Origin: an uncultured Verrucomicrobiae bacterium
Lineage (GTDB): Bacteria; Verrucomicrobiota; Verrucomicrobiia; Chthoniobacterales; Terrimicrobiaceae
Assembly: GCA_963706955.1 (NCBI GenBank)
Contig: CAVPOC010000008.1
Span: 544,001-608,000 of the forward strand
DNA length: 64,000 nucleotides
Direction: 5' to 3'
Shown here: piece after piece, positions 1 to 10,309 of the stretch
Position numbering within the stretch: the stretch's first letter is position 1
How the letters are laid out: every line of letters begins with the position of its first letter
Notes under the pieces: generated by a model
The model's input: only the letters and a program-made list of their open reading frames with translations
Database searches by the model: none
Told to the model about the DNA's origin: nothing
Translations under genes and position numbers: made by a program

Positions 1-27
1 GGCCTCAGCAGCGAGCCGATCACGGTC

Positions 28-92
28 AGTCCCCGCGAGCCATCACATGATAGACGGGCCTCAGGAAACTCGATGCGAATCTGCCGTGCCAT
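28..92 (-). pseudogene. RAYT / IS200-like Y1 tyrosine transposase N-terminal remnant
   Basis: Minus strand reads MARQIRIEFPEA-(frameshift)-VYHVMARGD then stop, matching the typical RAYT N-terminus MARPLRIEYPGAxYHVxxRG. Confidence 0.6.
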
Positions 93-212
93 CGCCGACG
101 ACTATCGACCGCTCGCTCGCAAAATGTCAAGAAACCATGACTGACCCTTTTTATGATATATCCACGAGCGATGCCGCCTTACATACTTTGCCGCTGACGG
201 CTAACGAACTCA

Positions 213-565
213 TTACCGCAGGATCCCTTCGAGTGGCTTTCCCTTTGCGAGCTCATCGATCAGCTTGTCCAAATAGCGTATTTTCTGCATCAGCGGATCT
301 TCGATTTCTTCCACGCGAACACCACACACTACGCCTTTGATAAGCGAACTATTCGGATGAATGGCTGGCGCTTGAGCAAAGAAGGTTTGAAGTCGTTTTC
401 CTTTTTGATTTGCTGCTGTAGTCCCGCTTGGTCATAGCCCGTCAACCAGCAGATGATTTGGTCAACTTCTTCTTTCGTACGATTCTTGCGTTCCGCTTTT
501 TGAACATACAGCGGATAAACCTTTGCAAATGTCATCGCGAAAATGTGATGCTTAGGCATCGTCAT
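213..565 (-). CDS. DUF2200 family protein (integron cassette gene; 1-nt frameshift near 388)
   Basis: [32 protein letters not shown] continues in another frame as [58 protein letters not shown] before ATG 565. Confidence 0.85.
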
Positions 566-606
566 TCCTCCTGTGTGTCGGGACCCGAGACGCATGCTCT
601 TCAGCA

Positions 607-736
607 CGCTAACAATCAAGCTCACCTATCCCGAGCAAGTGAACAACTCTAAAACCGGTGTCCATCAGGCAGACGGATGCTCGAGAGAAGGCGAACCGCT
701 CTGCTGGTAGGGATTCGGTGCAGCGCCTTGTTCGGC
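607..736 (-). mobile_element. Integron attC recombination site
   Basis: Minus strand GCCGAAC-AAGGC-GCTGCACC-GAATCCC ... GGGATA-GGTGAGC-TTGATT-GTTAGCG: R''/R' boxes and L''/L' arms with an extrahelical base, 130 bp, between two co-oriented small genes. Confidence 0.8.
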
Positions 737-1158
737 CTCTGTTGATCCGTCGGGCTTAAGAACTAACAGCGTTCCTTCGTCCGCAGAAAATCCGCTCGGG
801 TAACCGAGACTTGCATCTCTATCACAAATAACAAGATTGCCGTCCTTTATCGTATATATCCCAAAGATGTCTGGCTTGGTCGGATTGGATGGCAAATATC
901 CAACAATCAAATTGCGGCTCCCTACTCTGTCCACGACGTAAACGTGCCGACGACCTTCGCTCTTCCATCTCCAGCGTATCTCATCACTGCGGAATTCAAC
1001 GTAGTCCCCATGGTGGACTCTGGCCCATCGTTGGTCGTCTTTGAGACATATCGCCACTTGCCAAGGAGCTGATCCCTTATCTCGCCGGCGAATGCCCCCG
1101 AAGATGCCAAGATCAAGAGCAAAAGCGCTGCACGGAAATGATTCATCGCTTTCTTCAT
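665..1158 (-). CDS. Secreted hypothetical protein, TIGR03067-like (first cassette; frameshift near 1008)
   Basis: Signal peptide plus LLGKWRYVS in ORF 922..1158, continuing in ORF 665..1057 with GIYTIKDGNLVIC..YPSGF; C-terminus reads into the attC (AEQGAAPNP). Confidence 0.6.
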
Positions 1159-1382
1159 GGCCTAAAAAGTGATTGAACCTATCTGTTGAACTCCGGAAAC
1201 TGCGTGGTTAGCGAACGCTTTCATGGTTGTCGGATGGATTGCACTCAGCGCCGAGATGAAAGTTCGGGTTCAGAGTGCAAAGAGTTACTTCCGCATTAAA
1301 GGAGCTTGACGCCTGCAGGGCACTTTCTGATCGATCTGTCGGTAAACACGTGGAATTGCGAGATTAACCACAACAGATCAAA

Positions 1383-1763
1383 ATGCTTGTCGTGGCCAAA
1401 GATTTGCAGACTCAGCACGAAAAGGCGCTCGATTCCGCATCAATCAGCCGCGAACTGCGCCCGCACTTCCACGAGTGGCTGCGCTTCTACCTCGATTTTT
1501 CCTCCAACTACGGACATCCGCCCGGATCGCAGTCCAGTTTGCCGCTTTTCATGGCCAAGCTCGCCTTGAAGAGCCAGCCGGAAGCCAAGCGCAACGAAGC
1601 TTCAGTGGCGGTCACCCTTTACTTCAAGATGGCCGATATGGGGCAGGCTAATGCTCTATCCAGGCGGCAGGCCCCCCGGCTCCCCATGTTTAGCTGCTCT
1701 GCACTCCAGTCCAGCCCGACGTTGATGAGGACTGCGATGTCGTCATTGACGCCTTATTCGTAG
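1383..1763 (+). pseudogene. Truncated integron-integrase N-terminal extension (similarity lost after ~1650)
   Basis: HFHEWLRFYLDFSSNYGH...SLPLFMAKLALKSQPEAKRNEASVAVTLYF resembles the N-terminal extension of long integron integrases; divergent from the cassettes; no tyrosine-recombinase catalytic domain follows. Confidence 0.6.
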
Positions 1764-3109
1764 ATATGCCGGATCATCTTCTTCAGATCCGATGTGTATG
1801 TAGGATAGGCCCAAGTGACGCATTCGAGATCGTTGGCCGTCATGTCAAACTTAATGGCGAGGGCAAAGACGTTGATAACCTCAGATGCGTTGTGTCGCGC
1901 GAGGTGCGCTCCGAGAATTCCGTGGGTGCCGTTCTCAAACAGGATCTTGTAGCCGCCATGTTTTTCACCGATACGGATCGAGGATGCCCACTCTTCGGTC
2001 GTGCCCTCGTGCACATGGAATTCCAGTCCGCGCTCTTTTGCCCCTGACTCCGTCAACCCGACAGTCGCCAACTGCGGAATCGTAAAGACTGCACTCGCGA
2101 CTCCAGCGTAATCCATTTTCCTCACGTTCCCACTGGCGATGTTCGTCGCCGCCACCATGCCTTCAAGGTCAGCCACTGGTGCAAGTTGATAGGGCGTTGC
2201 GGCCACGTCGCCGGTGGCATATACTCGCGGATTGCTCACACTTTGGAGAAACTCATTTACGATCACGCCTTTCGGCCCTGACTCGACGCGGCCGAGGTCA
2301 CCCTCGAGGACGGAAAGATTCGGGACGCGACCGCTCGCTTCGATCACCAGATCCGCGCCGTACCGTTCTCCGCTTCTTCCGATCACGGAAAACCCCTGAC
2401 CATTACGCTCGACTGCCTGCGCGGGCTCATTCAGGACAATGTCGATTCCGGCATCCCGCGATGCTGCGATGATGATGTTTACCATGTCCGGATCGAAGGC
2501 TTTCAGGGGGCGCTCGGAGCGATGGAGAATCGTCACCTTCGCGCCGGCCCGCGCCGCGACGTGTGCGAATTCGAACGAAATATAGCCTCCACCAATAAAG
2601 AGAATTCGAGCCGGCAGTTCCCGCAGGTTGAGGAAGTCGTCGCTGGTCCCGACATGTTCCTCTCCGGGGATGCCGGCCTTGCGCGGTGTCGAACCGGTCG
2701 CGAGAACGATGTTGGACGCCCGAACAATCTCATCACCTACCTGAACCGCATCTGCAGCCATGAAGCGCGCATGGCCTCGAAGAACTTTGATTCCTGCCTC
2801 CTGGAAATTTTTCACGGTGTCCTCCGGAATGCCGTCCAGGAACTCGTTTTTGAGTCGTTGCAGCGCCGGCCAATCGCAGACCGGTGCGCTCGCAATTCCC
2901 CGTCCGACCAGATGGCTCGCCATCGCGATCGCCTCGGCGTTCGCGACGAGGTATTTCTTCGGCCGACAGCCCCGCAGTGCGCACGTTCCGCCAAACTCGC
3001 GTTCATCCACGATCGTCACCGTCCTTCCAGCCTCGCGCAGCCCATGCGCGCAATAATGGGCTGAAGTGCCCGACCCGATCACCAATACGTCCAAGGTTCC
3101 TTCGCTCAT
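1754..3109 (-). CDS. Class I pyridine nucleotide-disulfide oxidoreductase (glutathione reductase-like)
   Basis: GSG FAD motif, redox-active GGTCALRGCRPKK, GGGYI NAD(P) motif, ATGD, C-terminal dimerisation domain ending YPT. Confidence 0.9.
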   Translation of the reverse strand: MSEGTLDVLVIGSGTSAHYCAHGLREAGRTVTIVDEREFGGTCALRGCRPKKYLVANAEAIAMASHLVGRGIASAPVCDWPALQRLKNEFLDGIPEDTVKNFQEAGIKVLRGHARFMAADAVQVGDEIVRASNIVLATGSTPRKAGIPGEEHVGTSDDFLNLRELPARILFIGGGYISFEFAHVAARAGAKVTILHRSERPLKAFDPDMVNIIIAASRDAGIDIVLNEPAQAVERNGQGFSVIGRSGERYGADLVIEASGRVPNLSVLEGDLGRVESGPKGVIVNEFLQSVSNPRVYATGDVAATPYQLAPVADLEGMVAATNIASGNVRKMDYAGVASAVFTIPQLATVGLTESGAKERGLEFHVHEGTTEEWASSIRIGEKHGGYKILFENGTHGILGAHLARHNASEVINVFALAIKFDMTANDLECVTWAYPTYTSDLKKMIRHIYE

Positions 3110-3130
3110 CGCACAAAGTCTGACTCCCTC

Positions 3131-3266
3131 CTCGTGCAACTTAACAGTTGAAAAGTTAACAACTCATCGGATTCGCTTGTCGGTATTTGGTGGCTCTATC
3201 GGAACAGGACCGCCGCTTGTTGTCATGGCGGATGCAACGCATGATTTTCCTTGCGAGATCCGCCTT
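3131..3266 (-). mobile_element. IS630-family 3' remnant
   Basis: Minus strand KADLARKIMRCIRHDNK...FR*S...TDKRIR* followed by TCAACTGTTAAGTTGCACGAG, resembling IS630 transposase C-termini and terminal repeat. Confidence 0.5.
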
Positions 3267-3274
3267 GGGTTCGA

Positions 3275-3299
3275 GCGCCCGCCCAAGCGAGGCGGGCGC
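3275..3299. terminator. GC-rich hairpin, probable terminator downstream of tmRNA
   Basis: GCGCCCGCC-caagcga-GGCGGGCGC perfect 9-bp stem. Confidence 0.5.
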
Positions 3300-3404
3300 A
3301 GTATTCTTTTTCTTTCGCCCGCCGCGGTGCTAACGATGACTGCTACAAGGTGGCAAGCCTCACATAACTCACATAACTAAAGGAGGGGCCAATCCACCGA
3401 AAAG

Positions 3405-3758
3405 TGGAGGCGAGGGGAGTTGAACCCCTGTCCATAAAGCGGTCAGCAAGACCTTCTACATGCTTAGGCGATCTTTGGTGTCGGAGCGCTGCTGCGGACC
3501 GTCACGCCACAGGCTCCCAAGCGTCCACGAAATCGAATTCACCCCACACCGCGGTCACCCCGGCGGAAGGCCAGCCTGCTGCCATCGTATCCGTTCTTAG
3601 CAGGCGTCAGCCCGGACACGTCACGGCACGTTAGGCCGCGAGAGCTAGATCTTCGTGATCTGCGTTTATTTGTTTGATTCGATTTTTAGCGAGGCCAACG
3701 AATCATCCTCGGCATGCGAGCCTGGCATCGAACTTCATGTCGAAACCAATACGCCCCC
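3405..3758 (-). ncRNA. ssrA: tmRNA; tag peptide ADHEDLALAA (3631-3663)
   Basis: 5' GGGGGCGTATTGGTTTCGAC, 3' GGTTCAACTCCCCTCGCCTCCA, G3.U70 alanine identity pair, tag ORF ending LALAA-stop. Confidence 0.97.
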
Positions 3759-3914
3759 AAGTAGAGGACTTAAGATACTGGAAAAGGTGGAAAGATCAAG
3801 GCAGGGAGCGGCGGTCGTATCAGCGCGACGCGGGGTGAACACCGCCTCCAGGATGCTATCGGGCGTAGCTAAACGGCACCGGGAAATCGCCGCTACAGAA
3901 TTTCGTAAGACGCT

Positions 3915-4340
3915 CTATTGTAGAAACTTGATTACGTAAGGAAATTCGTAGGTCTCGCCGTTACTCTCCTTGACTGCGCCGATAATGGTCAAAATTAGCC
4001 AGGCAACTCCGACGATGGCGTAGATGGGCAGGAAAATAAATCCAATCACCAGCCACCAGAGGAGCCCGAAGAGAGTGATCGCCGCAAAACCGTAAAGCGA
4101 ATAGGAGAGCTGGAAGTTCAGGACGCGTTTTCCAACGGAGTCTAAGTAAGGGCTGTCCTGTTTTTTGATCAGCCAAATGATCAGCGGCCCAATGACGTTG
4201 AGCAGGTGAGGACCGGCGAAGCCGAGCAGAGCGCTCAAATGAAGGCCCAGTGCCCACTGTCGTTCCGTGGCGTCTACCCCCGAGGCCGGCGGCAATGTAG
4301 GAGGTGCGTCCTGGGGAGGTGGCGGTGGCGGAGTGTCCAT
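3915..4340 (-). CDS. DUF4870 domain membrane protein
   Basis: ERQWALGLHLS, GPLIIWLIKK, NFQLS, YEFPYVIKF; three TM segments. Confidence 0.85.
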   Translation of the reverse strand: MDTPPPPPPQDAPPTLPPASGVDATERQWALGLHLSALLGFAGPHLLNVIGPLIIWLIKKQDSPYLDSVGKRVLNFQLSYSLYGFAAITLFGLLWWLVIGFIFLPIYAIVGVAWLILTIIGAVKESNGETYEFPYVIKFLQ

Positions 4341-4426
4341 TGGGGGCACTATGCAGGATCTCTGCCTGACACTGAAGCCCATTCTGACTGTTGCGGCTGG
4401 GAAAATCGCTGCTAAGATGGAAGCTC

Positions 4427-5296
4427 ATGCGAAAAGTCGTGTGGGCCTGCGCCTTGGCCCTTTGGTCTAGCTTGCAGGCCTCGACGCTACCGGAGAGCAT
4501 CATCTTCGTAGGTCCGACGAGATATCAGGCGTTGGTGAGCCGCGGTCTCAATGAAAATTGGAGGGAGCTTCCGGTCGGGGAGCGCACGACCAAAGTCGGT
4601 CTCGCCTTATTGGGGACACCCTACAAGAACTACACGCTGGAGCTCGATGACCGCATCGAGGCCCCGAGCGTAAACATGGCTGGAATGGACTGCTGGACGT
4701 TCTTCGAGATTGCCCTCGGCACTGCCCGCGCATTGAAGACGACCGAAAGCCCGACAACGCAAGATCTCCTGCGCATGATCGAGCTCGATCGATACCGCGG
4801 GGGAACGTGCAACGGTATCTTCACCTCCCGGCTGCACTATCTCGAACAATGGCTTTACGATAACCAAAAGCGTGGTCTGGTCTCGAACGTGACGCCTTCG
4901 CTTCCTGGCGCCAGAAGGCTCAAGCGCGACCTGAAACAGATGTCTGCCTTCTGGTACAAAAGCAGGCAGCTGCGCGCAAATCCGTCGTTGGTTCCGGAAA
5001 TGTCCCGCATTGAAGACCAGCTTTCCAGACGCGGAATCTGGTATGTTCCCAAATCGAAGGTCGCGGCTGCCGAAAAATATCTGCGCAATGGCGATATCGT
5101 CTGCATCGTAAGTACCTGGCCGAGCGGATACACTTCGCACGTTGGCCTTGCTTACCGGGACACGAACGGCGTCCTAAGATTCATGCACGCTTCCAAGAAT
5201 GCCGGCAAAGTCATCATTGATTCACGGCTGAGCAGCTATCTTAACCGCTATCGCACAAACGCCGGCATCATGGTCGCAAGACCGAACGACGTGTAA
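4427..5296 (+). CDS. DUF1460 / N-acetylmuramoyl-L-alanine amidase-like protein
   Basis: Signal peptide, LLGTPY..TLE, MDCWTF, RLHY, SHVG, MHAS motifs. Confidence 0.85.
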   Translation: MRKVVWACALALWSSLQASTLPESIIFVGPTRYQALVSRGLNENWRELPVGERTTKVGLALLGTPYKNYTLELDDRIEAPSVNMAGMDCWTFFEIALGTARALKTTESPTTQDLLRMIELDRYRGGTCNGIFTSRLHYLEQWLYDNQKRGLVSNVTPSLPGARRLKRDLKQMSAFWYKSRQLRANPSLVPEMSRIEDQLSRRGIWYVPKSKVAAAEKYLRNGDIVCIVSTWPSGYTSHVGLAYRDTNGVLRFMHASKNAGKVIIDSRLSSYLNRYRTNAGIMVARPNDV

Positions 5297-5464
5297 TCCG
5301 AACAGCCTGGGCAAATCGCCCCTTTTTGCAGATCCTGACCGTAGTCACTGGCGGCGGCACCCTTTTTGTCCTCTCGGAGAGTAGCGAGCAACAGGTAAGC
5401 GCCTTCTGGGGCGTCAATTCTCGTTTGCGTTGACGCCACGGGCTCCGTATTCTGCGCGGTTCTC

Positions 5465-5812
5465 ATGAATCTCATCGACTTTCTCCTCCTCGCGCAAGCA
5501 GCCACCCCCGGCCCAGAGACGCCACAGCCGTCGTTCCTGGTGTCGATGATGCCGCTGATCTTTGTCTTTGTGATCTTTTATTTTCTGCTAATCCGCCCTC
5601 AGCAGAAACGTCAAAAAGACCACACCAAGCTGGTGGCATCAATTAAGACGGGAGACAAGATCGTCACGAGTTCCGGCATCCACGGCATCGTGGCCAACGT
5701 GAAGGAAAAGACCCTCCTCGTGAAGGTCGCCGATAATGTTAAAATAGAGTTTGACCGCTCTTCGGTCGCAGGGGTGGAGAAGAGCAGCGAAGTCGTAGAA
5801 GAGGTCAAGTAG
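5465..5812 (+). CDS. yajC: Preprotein translocase subunit YajC
   Basis: IFYFLLIRPQQKRQK, GDKIVTSSGIHG; upstream of secDF. Confidence 0.97.
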   Translation: MNLIDFLLLAQAATPGPETPQPSFLVSMMPLIFVFVIFYFLLIRPQQKRQKDHTKLVASIKTGDKIVTSSGIHGIVANVKEKTLLVKVADNVKIEFDRSSVAGVEKSSEVVEEVK

Positions 5813-5894
5813 AGCCCTCCAATCGCGTCCCAGATGCCCAAGCCAATTCACCTCCGAGCTTTGCCGTCTTTCTGAGGATCGCCTTTCCCTTGCC

Positions 5895-8216
5895 ATGTCC
5901 CCCGCGCTGACGTTCTTCGTTGGGCTTTTGCTCCTGATCCTGTTCGGGTGGTATTTCGCTTCCGACCTGCCGGTCCGCAAGCGTTGGCTTGGTTTAGTCC
6001 TCTCGGTTTTGCTGGTAGCCTTCTGCCTTGAAGCAGCACTGCCTCCGTCGAAAAAAATCAAGCTGGGACTCGATCTGCAAGGAGGCACATCATTTCTGAT
6101 CAGACTCACCCCGCAGGCCGATCAACCGATTACCTCCGATCTCCTAGATCAGGCGGTCGAGGTAATTAGAAAGCGTGTCGACGCCTATGGAGTGAGCGAA
6201 CCTTTGATCACGCCACAGGGGCGCGACCGAATCCTCGTGCAGATTCCCGGACTGGATACCGGCCAGATCGAGACAACCAAGGGCGAACTGCAGCGTGTGG
6301 CCAAGCTCGAGTTGGCCACGGTTGCCGGCGGGGGAGACCGGATCGCACGCATTGAAGCTGGCGAGGAAATTATGCCGCCAGGCTACGTGATAAAAACCTA
6401 CAAGGATCGCGTCGAAGGGAAGGACCAGGAGTTCAAGCTGCTCGTTAAGCGGCGTCCGGAGCTCTCCGGTGAACACGTCAAACGTGCCTACGCCTACTTT
6501 GACCAGCAGGGTTACGGTGTCTCGCTCTCTTTGGATTCCGAAGGAGCGAAAATCTTCGGCGACCTGACGCAATCGCTCGCTCCGACGCGCGGACAGATCG
6601 CCATTCTACTTGATGGCGATGTGCAAAGCGCGCCCCACGTCAATGAGCCAATTTACGGCGGCAGTGCCGTGATCACCGGTCGGTTTTCCGAAAAGGAAGC
6701 ACGAGACCTCGCGAGCGCCCTGGAAAACCCCCTTCGCGTGCCCGTAGAGGTTGAAGAAACCCGCAGCGTCTCTCCGACGTTGGGAACAGATTCGATTCGG
6801 AGCGGAATCCTCGCAGGTCTCACTGGTCTCGTGCTCGTCTTCGGCTTCGTGATTGTCTATTATCGCTTCGCCGGCGTCGTGGCATTCCTAGGCTTGCTGG
6901 TGAACATGGTGATCCTCTTCGGAGCGATGGCGATGTTCAATTTCGTGCTGACACTTCCCGGCATCGCCGGAATCATCCTCACGATGGGCATGGCGGTGGA
7001 CGCCAACGTTCTCATCTACGAGCGGCTCCGAGAAGAGACATCGGCCGGTAAGTCGCTCAAGGCTGCACTCGAAGCCGCCTACGACAAGGCTTTCAGCGCG
7101 ATCTTCGACGCCAACGTGACGACCCTCATTACGGCGGTGATTCTTTTCTGGCAGGCGACCGGCTCAGTGAAAGGTTTTGCGGTGACCCTGACACTCGGCA
7201 TCATCGCCTCGATGTTCTCCGCTTTGCTGGTGACCCGCACGGCGTTCCGCTGGCTCATCGAGCGATTCGGCTTGAAGAAGCTCTCCATGCTCGACCTCAT
7301 ACCGAAACGGAAGTTTGACTTCCTCGGAAAGCGCCGTCTCGCGGCTCTTCTTTCCCTGGCACTGATTGGTGGATCCATGGGCATCTTCGCGCTGCGGGGT
7401 GAGAAAAATTTCGGCATCGACTTTCGCGGTGGCGATCTGCTGGTGATCGATTCCAAACAGCCCGTGAACATCGCCGAGGCGCGCCAGGCTCTGGAGGGCA
7501 TCGGGCTGGGCGATGTGGTTATTCAATTCGAGCGTGAAGGCATGCAAGACCGACTTTCGATTCGAAGCCCGCAAGGCAGTTCTGCCACCATCCTTTCCAA
7601 GTTGCAGGAGACTTATCGCGATCGCGACGTGATAGCGGTGGCGCAGGAAAACGTCGGACCCCAAATCGGCTTGGAGTTCGCCAAGAGAGCCGCGCTGGCA
7701 CTTGGTTTGGGCATGATCGGCATTCTCATTTATGTGACGTTCAGGTTTGAATTTTCGTTCGCCATCGGCGCGGTCGCTGCCCTGCTTCACGACGTGATCA
7801 TCACGATGGGAGTTTTTTCCCTGATTGGCGGCGAGCTTTCGCTCGTCATGGTAGGAGCCATCCTCACGATCGCCGGTTACTCGATCAACGACACCATCGT
7901 CGTTTTTGACCGTATTCGTGAAGGCCTCAAGCACCGGGAACGCGGTTCGATCCAGTCGCTGATGAACACCTCCATCAATGAGACACTCGGGCGGACGATT
8001 CTCACGGGCGGAACAACTCTTCTCTCGGTGGGGGCGCTCTACTTCTTCGGAGGCGCCGTGCTCCGCGATTTCTCCTTCGCCATCCTCGTTGGCATTCTCG
8101 TAGGAACCTATTCCTCAATTTTCATCGCTGCGCCAATCGTGCTCTGGTGGTCTAGGCTGCGCGGGAAGAGCATCCGGCGCGAAGTCCTCGAGGCCGAGGC
8201 GGTGAACCGCGCCTAA
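5895..8216 (+). CDS. secDF: Fused protein translocase subunit SecDF
   Basis: LGLDLQGG, MAVDANVLIYER, GIDFRGG, GYSINDTIVVFDRIRE. Confidence 0.97.
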   Translation: MSPALTFFVGLLLLILFGWYFASDLPVRKRWLGLVLSVLLVAFCLEAALPPSKKIKLGLDLQGGTSFLIRLTPQADQPITSDLLDQAVEVIRKRVDAYGVSEPLITPQGRDRILVQIPGLDTGQIETTKGELQRVAKLELATVAGGGDRIARIEAGEEIMPPGYVIKTYKDRVEGKDQEFKLLVKRRPELSGEHVKRAYAYFDQQGYGVSLSLDSEGAKIFGDLTQSLAPTRGQIAILLDGDVQSAPHVNEPIYGGSAVITGRFSEKEARDLASALENPLRVPVEVEETRSVSPTLGTDSIRSGILAGLTGLVLVFGFVIVYYRFAGVVAFLGLLVNMVILFGAMAMFNFVLTLPGIAGIILTMGMAVDANVLIYERLREETSAGKSLKAALEAAYDKAFSAIFDANVTTLITAVILFWQATGSVKGFAVTLTLGIIASMFSALLVTRTAFRWLIERFGLKKLSMLDLIPKRKFDFLGKRRLAALLSLALIGGSMGIFALRGEKNFGIDFRGGDLLVIDSKQPVNIAEARQALEGIGLGDVVIQFEREGMQDRLSIRSPQGSSATILSKLQETYRDRDVIAVAQENVGPQIGLEFAKRAALALGLGMIGILIYVTFRFEFSFAIGAVAALLHDVIITMGVFSLIGGELSLVMVGAILTIAGYSINDTIVVFDRIREGLKHRERGSIQSLMNTSINETLGRTILTGGTTLLSVGALYFFGGAVLRDFSFAILVGILVGTYSSIFIAAPIVLWWSRLRGKSIRREVLEAEAVNRA

Positions 8217-8375
8217 CGCCAAATAGATCTTGTGGCGGCCGTGTCCCCACGGCCGAGGAAGCCCGGCGCTGCGGACAGCGCCGCTACAGAACGAAAAGCA
8301 AGCCACCGCATGCTCGAGGGCCGGCAGTCACGAACCGCCGTCATCGCGTTGAAAATCGTTTGCGCCGATTTTCTT

Positions 8376-8760
8376 TTAGAACTCCACCGTAGGCTTGCCA
8401 AGACGTTGAACGGCGCCCCTGGGAGGAATTAGACTTCGTCATAAGCGCCCACGAAGTAACGACTGTTCAGAACCATTGTTGAAATTAACTCGAGCCCGAT
8501 AGCGGCCTCTCTGGTAATAGATAGCCGTATCCATCACCCCATAAGCAGATCTTGAGCGCCTTCGTCGTCGATTAGCTTGCGTGTCACGACGGAAAGCGCT
8601 TGAGGCGTTTCCAAGAGCAGAGTTCTCGTCTTTGTCGCCGTGCGCGATTCTCGTGCCGCGTAGCCCGTTCCCTCCTGATCGGTGCGGTCGGTAACAACCT
8701 CCTCCAGCGTAGGAACGGGTTCCGCAACCAAGTCGTGTTTCTGCGACGCTTGGCTGCCTA
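8376..8760 (-). pseudogene. TonB-dependent siderophore receptor remnant (internally deleted)
   Basis: Plug start GYAARESRTATKT..LETPQALSVVTRKLIDD joined within ~100 nt to a C-terminal fragment YFVGAYDEV*FLPGAP..SLRW. Confidence 0.7.
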
Positions 8761-9050
8761 GTTCACTCTACGCTCTCAGGGCACAGGGAATAGTAGCGGG
8801 CACGCCAACAGGGTTATTGTCGAGAGCAGGTTTGATATCGAGCCGCAGCGCACCGTAACTTGGTGTAGAGCCCGGCGACCACGCACGGATCGAGCGAGTG
8901 CGACTAACGCGCGCTTGCCAAGAATTGCCGTTCTCTTGCAGTTCGCAAGTGAGCGCTAAAAAAGCGCAAGGTGGGGACAGCGTGTTACGCGCGGCGGTCC
9001 CTACATTCACACGGGGTGAAGAAATTAGTGGGCCTTTCGTTTCGAACGCG

Positions 9051-10169
9051 ATGAGACGATTCTTATTTCACCTGCACTCCTGGATGGGATTGGCTGCCGG
9101 AGCAGCTCTTCTCGTTATCGCTCTGACCGGTAGTGCGCTGGTATTTCGGCGAGAGATCGAAAGTGTGGTGATGCCACAGCGAGTGCTAGCGACGCACCCA
9201 GTTGAAGTTCGACTTGGCCTCGATGAGTTGGTGATTCGGCTACGAGAGCAGTTGATTGGCTACGAACCCGTCGGTTGGCTGCCCGCGCAATCCCGGAGCA
9301 GAAATGATCAAGTTTCTGTCGCCGGAGAGGACGGTCGCCCACCGGAGGTCATTTGGATCGATGCTGCAACCGGGAAAATTCATGGCCAACCCACTGATTC
9401 GAACAAGACAATTACGGGGTGGCTTCTCGAATTACATTATTCGCTTCTCGGCGGACACATCGGAACGTTTCTGGCCGGAATCCTTGCCACGCTGCTCTGC
9501 CTTTTGGGAATCTCGGGAGTATGGATTTACCGCGGTTTCTGGAAGAATCTTGTCCGCCTGCGATTCAATTGCAGCGCACGCATCTTCTTCTCCGACCTGC
9601 ACAAAACGGTGGGGATTTCCTCGGTCGCCTTCAACTTGATTCTTGGCTTCACAGGAGCCTACTGGAACCTCACGCACGTCATCGGCCATCTTGTCCATGG
9701 ACCGGATCCGGAACCGCCCAAAGTCACCGGCCCAAGATTCTCCGAGACACTTTCGCTGGACGGTTTGCTCAAGGAGGCGCGCTCCAGGATCCCCGATTTT
9801 GAGTGGACCTACCTTTCATTTCCGACAAAGCTCGATGAGCCTCTCGTTTTCTATGGAAAACTGGCGAATCAACATGCCCTTCGCGGGGAGTATGGCTCCA
9901 CCGTGACGTTTAATTCTCAGACCGGCGCTTTCGAAGACCTTCTGGATATTCGCACCAGCGGCCTCTGGAACCAGATTAGCGATGCATTCATGCCGCTTCA
10001 CTACGGAACGTTTGGCGCCTTGCCGGTGAAAATTCTTTGGTCTATTGGCGGGCTGGCTCCCGGCATCCTTGCCGTTACGGGATTTCTGCTTTGGTGGAAA
10101 AGAAAGCGGCCGGCGCTAAAACATCGTTTCCGCCTTGCAACAATCGCAAGTGAGCAAATCAATCGCTAG
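9051..10169 (+). CDS. PepSY-associated TM helix (iron-regulated membrane) protein
   Basis: LHSWMGL, ELHYSLL, DLHKTVG, PLHYGTFG, TGFLLWW motifs. Confidence 0.9.
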   Translation: MRRFLFHLHSWMGLAAGAALLVIALTGSALVFRREIESVVMPQRVLATHPVEVRLGLDELVIRLREQLIGYEPVGWLPAQSRSRNDQVSVAGEDGRPPEVIWIDAATGKIHGQPTDSNKTITGWLLELHYSLLGGHIGTFLAGILATLLCLLGISGVWIYRGFWKNLVRLRFNCSARIFFSDLHKTVGISSVAFNLILGFTGAYWNLTHVIGHLVHGPDPEPPKVTGPRFSETLSLDGLLKEARSRIPDFEWTYLSFPTKLDEPLVFYGKLANQHALRGEYGSTVTFNSQTGAFEDLLDIRTSGLWNQISDAFMPLHYGTFGALPVKILWSIGGLAPGILAVTGFLLWWKRKRPALKHRFRLATIASEQINR

Positions 10170-10309
10170 TTGGCCGACACGCTGACGCTGCTCGCAGCGC
10201 TTAAAATCGCCAACGAAGACTAGCTTAATACTAATACCGAGTATCCGGCGCGGTGAATCGCCCGTAGCACGAATCCAACTGTAGCGGCGCTACAGAGAAC
10301 CAAACAAAG

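Noticed and set aside
1644..1762. Possible attC after the reductase gene (TACGAATAAGGCG ... ATTAGCC)
   Set aside because: No complementary L arms, and both R boxes are non-canonical.
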